NCBI RefSeq assembly: GCF_006345805.1
Contig: NW_021831739.1
Location: 1-39,606, forward strand
Source of the DNA: Octopus sinensis
Lineage: Eukaryota
Direction of reading: 5' to 3'
DNA: 39,606 nt
The notes beneath the pieces are model-generated. The model did not search any database. It had not been told where the DNA came from and was given only the letters and a program-made list of their open reading frames with translations. This document shows, piece by piece, positions 36,540 to 39,606 of this stretch (positions within the stretch are counted from its first letter, which is position 1; each line of letters opens with the position of its first letter). The translations under genes and the position numbers were made by a program.

Positions 36540-36712
36540 AAAAAATAAAATTCCAGCGCCTACGTTCAGAAATCTTGTTCACCAGGCGTCTCCATCGGGG
36601 TCTGCTTTGAGCATATACTCGTAGGTCTTCAAGGTCGTCAGCACATCCAAGTTTTCTTCCAATTCCGTTAAGATCCTTGTTTAGTGCAACAGGGAGAGTG
36701 ACCCTGGGGCTT
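36540..36712 (-). mobile_element. RTE-like LINE extreme 3' fragment
   Basis: PRVTLPVALNKDL...DDLEDLRVYAQSRPRWRRLV, homologous to the end of 34430-34882. Confidence 0.7.
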
Positions 36713-38111
36713 CATATGAACGTTTCACTAAGTCCTACCACTTTTAATTTGTAGTACTGCCATTCTGTCATCAACCCTCCACACTCTGTAAATTCTCCCA
36801 TCAAGACAACGATGGATAGCAAAGGTAGGTCAGTAGTGATTGAATTCGGAGTTTAGAAGTAGATGTTGAATCGTGCAAATAGTGACTCAGTATGATTTAA
36901 AGTCTTTTATTAGATTCGTCCTTTTTTCTTTAAGCCTCGAACGTTGAATTACCCCAAAGTGAACAGATTATTCGAAACGTGTAAAAAAGACATGACTTTA
37001 GGAATCACGTCACCGTTTAACCAATAAATAATTCTTAGTTAAAGACTTCCGAGACTGACTTCCGGCGTCTTTGGCTCCGGGACCCTCACTTCCCTAAAGA
37101 AATTGGGACATCTTTGTTCTTCGCGGTCCAAGGACCCTAGGGAATTTACTTTCCTCATTCAGAGGATCCTGCTGGCTGTCATGCGTGGCAACAGCTGTTC
37201 CCTCCGTCTCGCTGGGAGAATTTATTAGTTTGTTGACTTTACTTAGTAGTATTACAATTTTTGAAATCAATTCTTAGTTAAATAATTTAAAATAGAATTT
37301 ACAAAAAAACGTTAAAAAAGAAATAAATTATTTATCTAGTGATTTTTGAAATGTTAGTTTTACTTATATCGTTTTCACTTACAACTATGCACATAAGTAA
37401 GTTTAATGATGAAATTTGTTAGGTTTGATGATTTAGGAAAATAAAACAATTACAAATGACCCAAATTGCTTTAATTTAACAGGTAAGAATTTCCAAATAA
37501 AATATTGTTTTTAGAAGTATACGAAGAAGTATATGCTAATCGTTATAAATTTGCAACAAGATTTTGTGGATATACATAATATCACAATTACTACAGTGGT
37601 TTGGAATTTTTCAAATATAATATAGAATTTCCACACGCAAATTTTTATATTAAAGAGAATGGAAACAAGCAGGCTTGCTTTCAGAGAAAAGATTATGGAT
37701 ATTCACTTGAGAGTTTTATATTAATGGTTGATATTTTGAATTTATAATTTAAAGATGAGACATGAACTTGATTATGAATATACGTATCCCAACAAAACAG
37801 TCGATCTAGAAGATGTTAATGATTTTTCTTTCACCTATTGGCTATTCCCAAATAAAGATGCTATTTCTTTCGGTATTTTATATAAGATTAAATCTAGATT
37901 TTCCTTACGTTCTTAAAGAATTCGAGATAATTTACTATCAAAACAATTTTTTCAATTTCCACTTAAAAACAAAAATAAATGAATTTAGTTCGGCTCGTAT
38001 TTGTACTAATATCGACAACTACACTCGTTGTGAAAATATCGAAAACAGTTTCATATTTGTAATATGATTTTTAGATACTGTTTCTATTCAATCATGGAAT
38101 TTAAAATTAGA

Positions 38112-39318
38112 GACCAAAAGACAACCCGGCGTCCTACAGGCCAATATCTCTCCTCTGCGTCCTTTCCAAAGTTCTGGAAAAACTTATACTCAACCACATC
38201 AAACAATATCTCCCGGATTTGGACTTTCAACATGGATTTAAATGTGGTAATCAACCACCTCGCACCTTGTCACTTTGACGAACTTCATCTCAGATGGACT
38301 ATCTACCAAACCATATAATCAAAAAACGGTTATGTGCTCAGTGGATATCCATAAGGCTTTTGACTCCGTTCCAAAAAATACTGACCAGAAAATATACCTT
38401 AGTGGAATTCACCCAAGACTGAAAATGTGGCTAGCTAACTTCCTCAGCGGCTGAAGAGGCAGAATCCAACAAAACAATACAAGATCGATGTCTCGATACT
38501 TTCCAAACGGGGTCCCTCAAGGCTCCCCCCTTTCACCAGCCCTGTTCAACTTATTCTTATCGGATCTACCGCTACCAAACGACAAAGACTCAATCATTTT
38601 ATCATACGCTGACGATATCGTAATTGCTACCCGGAGCCGTGAGGTGAACACGGCGAGTACAAAACTGCAGAACCACCTTAATAATCTCGAAAGTTGGCTC
38701 TCGCTAAACCGACTATCAACGAGTTCGGAAAAATCGGTCACCACGCTTATGACCTCAGCAAGGAAGCTTGGGAAAACGGTGGTGAACCTGTACCTAAATA
38801 ACATGGAAATCCCGTTTCAAAAATCTTAGAAAATCCTCGGGGTGACTTACGACAGTCATATGTGTTTCTCTCAACAAGTCGATAATATTACTACGAGGTG
38901 CATGAAGAAACTGAACATCTTGAAAGTGTTTCTTCGTAAATGCAGACAGTGTATCAGCTTCCCCGCACTACAAGCCTTATACCGGCAATTCATCGAACCC
39001 TCCCTTAGCTATGCTTGTGAGGCGTGGGAGGGTTTATCAGTGGAACGAACCGCGCTAAAATCGAGAAAACTCAAGATCGCTTCCGAAAAGCACTGCAGGG
39101 ACCGAACGAACATCTACTCATCGCCCCATTTAATGAAATCTTGAGAAGAAACCTCGGGGCTACAGGGCCTAAAACACCACCACCGCGCCCTCACAGAATT
39201 GTGCCGGGACAAGGGAGGAGCAGCCGGCAAAGTTGAGGACCCTCCTCAGAGAAGCCGTCACCTGATTAATTAGTTTGATGTTTTGGACGGTGATCTTGGT
39301 TCTAATAATAATAATAAT
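38112..39318 (+). mobile_element. I/Jockey-group LINE, 5'-truncated RT pseudogene with (TAA)n tail
   Basis: SYRPISLL, QHGF, DIHKAFDSV, GVPQGSPLSP, YADD and KILGV motifs. (TAA)n at 39303-39320. 14-bp TSD AATTTAAAATTAGA at 38098-38111 and 39319-39332. Confidence 0.92.
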
Positions 39319-39338
39319 AATTTAAAATTAGACAAACT

Positions 39339-39485
39339 TTTTTTTTTAACTAACAAATATTTAATTAAAATGGGGAATAAGTTATACACGAATTAATAAA
39401 GAGCCTGGAGGTCAGCTCAAAGTCGCCGCACTGCGTATCGAGTGGCAGTTTCCGCGGAGCACTGCGACCGAGATTCGTGCCCTAC
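39339..39485 (-). mobile_element. CRE-like 3' tail with poly-A
   Basis: RISVAVLRGNCHSIRSA...stop. T-run at 39338-39347. 12-bp TSD ATTAGACAAACT at 39327-39338 and 39486-39497. Confidence 0.8.
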
Positions 39486-39606
39486 ATTAGACAAACTATT
39501 TGTAACTTTAGAATTTAAACTCAAACATAATCTTATGGAACACTATTATTGAATTGAAAAATAAAAATCCATGTTAAAGTAATTAATTAGCTTAATCTTC
39601 TCTTTT

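Noticed and set aside
1-39606. Prokaryotic systems (CRISPR arrays, operons, defence islands) and rRNA or tRNA genes
   Set aside because: No regularly spaced repeats or RNA-gene motifs were seen, and the content is spliceosomal and eukaryotic.

Overview
This is eukaryotic, not prokaryotic, AT-rich DNA. Its genes are interrupted by very small spliceosomal introns (23-32 nt where I could delimit them), so most ORF-track entries are exon pieces, intron read-throughs or antisense shadows. Introns this small plus animal-like proteins suggest a compact-genome parasite such as a dicyemid mesozoan, but that is inference only. Three kinds of content are present. (1) Host genes or gene relics: cathepsin L-like, Lifeguard/TMBIM, and damaged but intron-retaining copies of TRAPPC11-like, CD2BP2-like, POLE, CSE1L/exportin-2, TFIIS and AMPK-gamma. 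(2) DNA transposons: four Buster-type hAT copies, Ginger2/TDD-like, IS630-Tc1-mariner and pogo-like. (3) Non-LTR retrotransposons: CRE-like, R4/NeSL-like (restriction-like endonuclease, RLE), RTE-like and I/Jockey-like, often nested and with readable target-site duplications (TSDs). Highlights: a nested hAT whose transposase looks broken in the ORF track but becomes an intact 587-aa protein once three 25-30-nt introns are removed; a 56-nt U12-type AT-AC intron in TFIIS among roughly 25-nt U2 introns; and an approximately 12-kb patchwork of deleted housekeeping-gene copies. Protein identifications come from motif recognition by eye, not database searches. I found no rRNA, tRNA or CRISPR.
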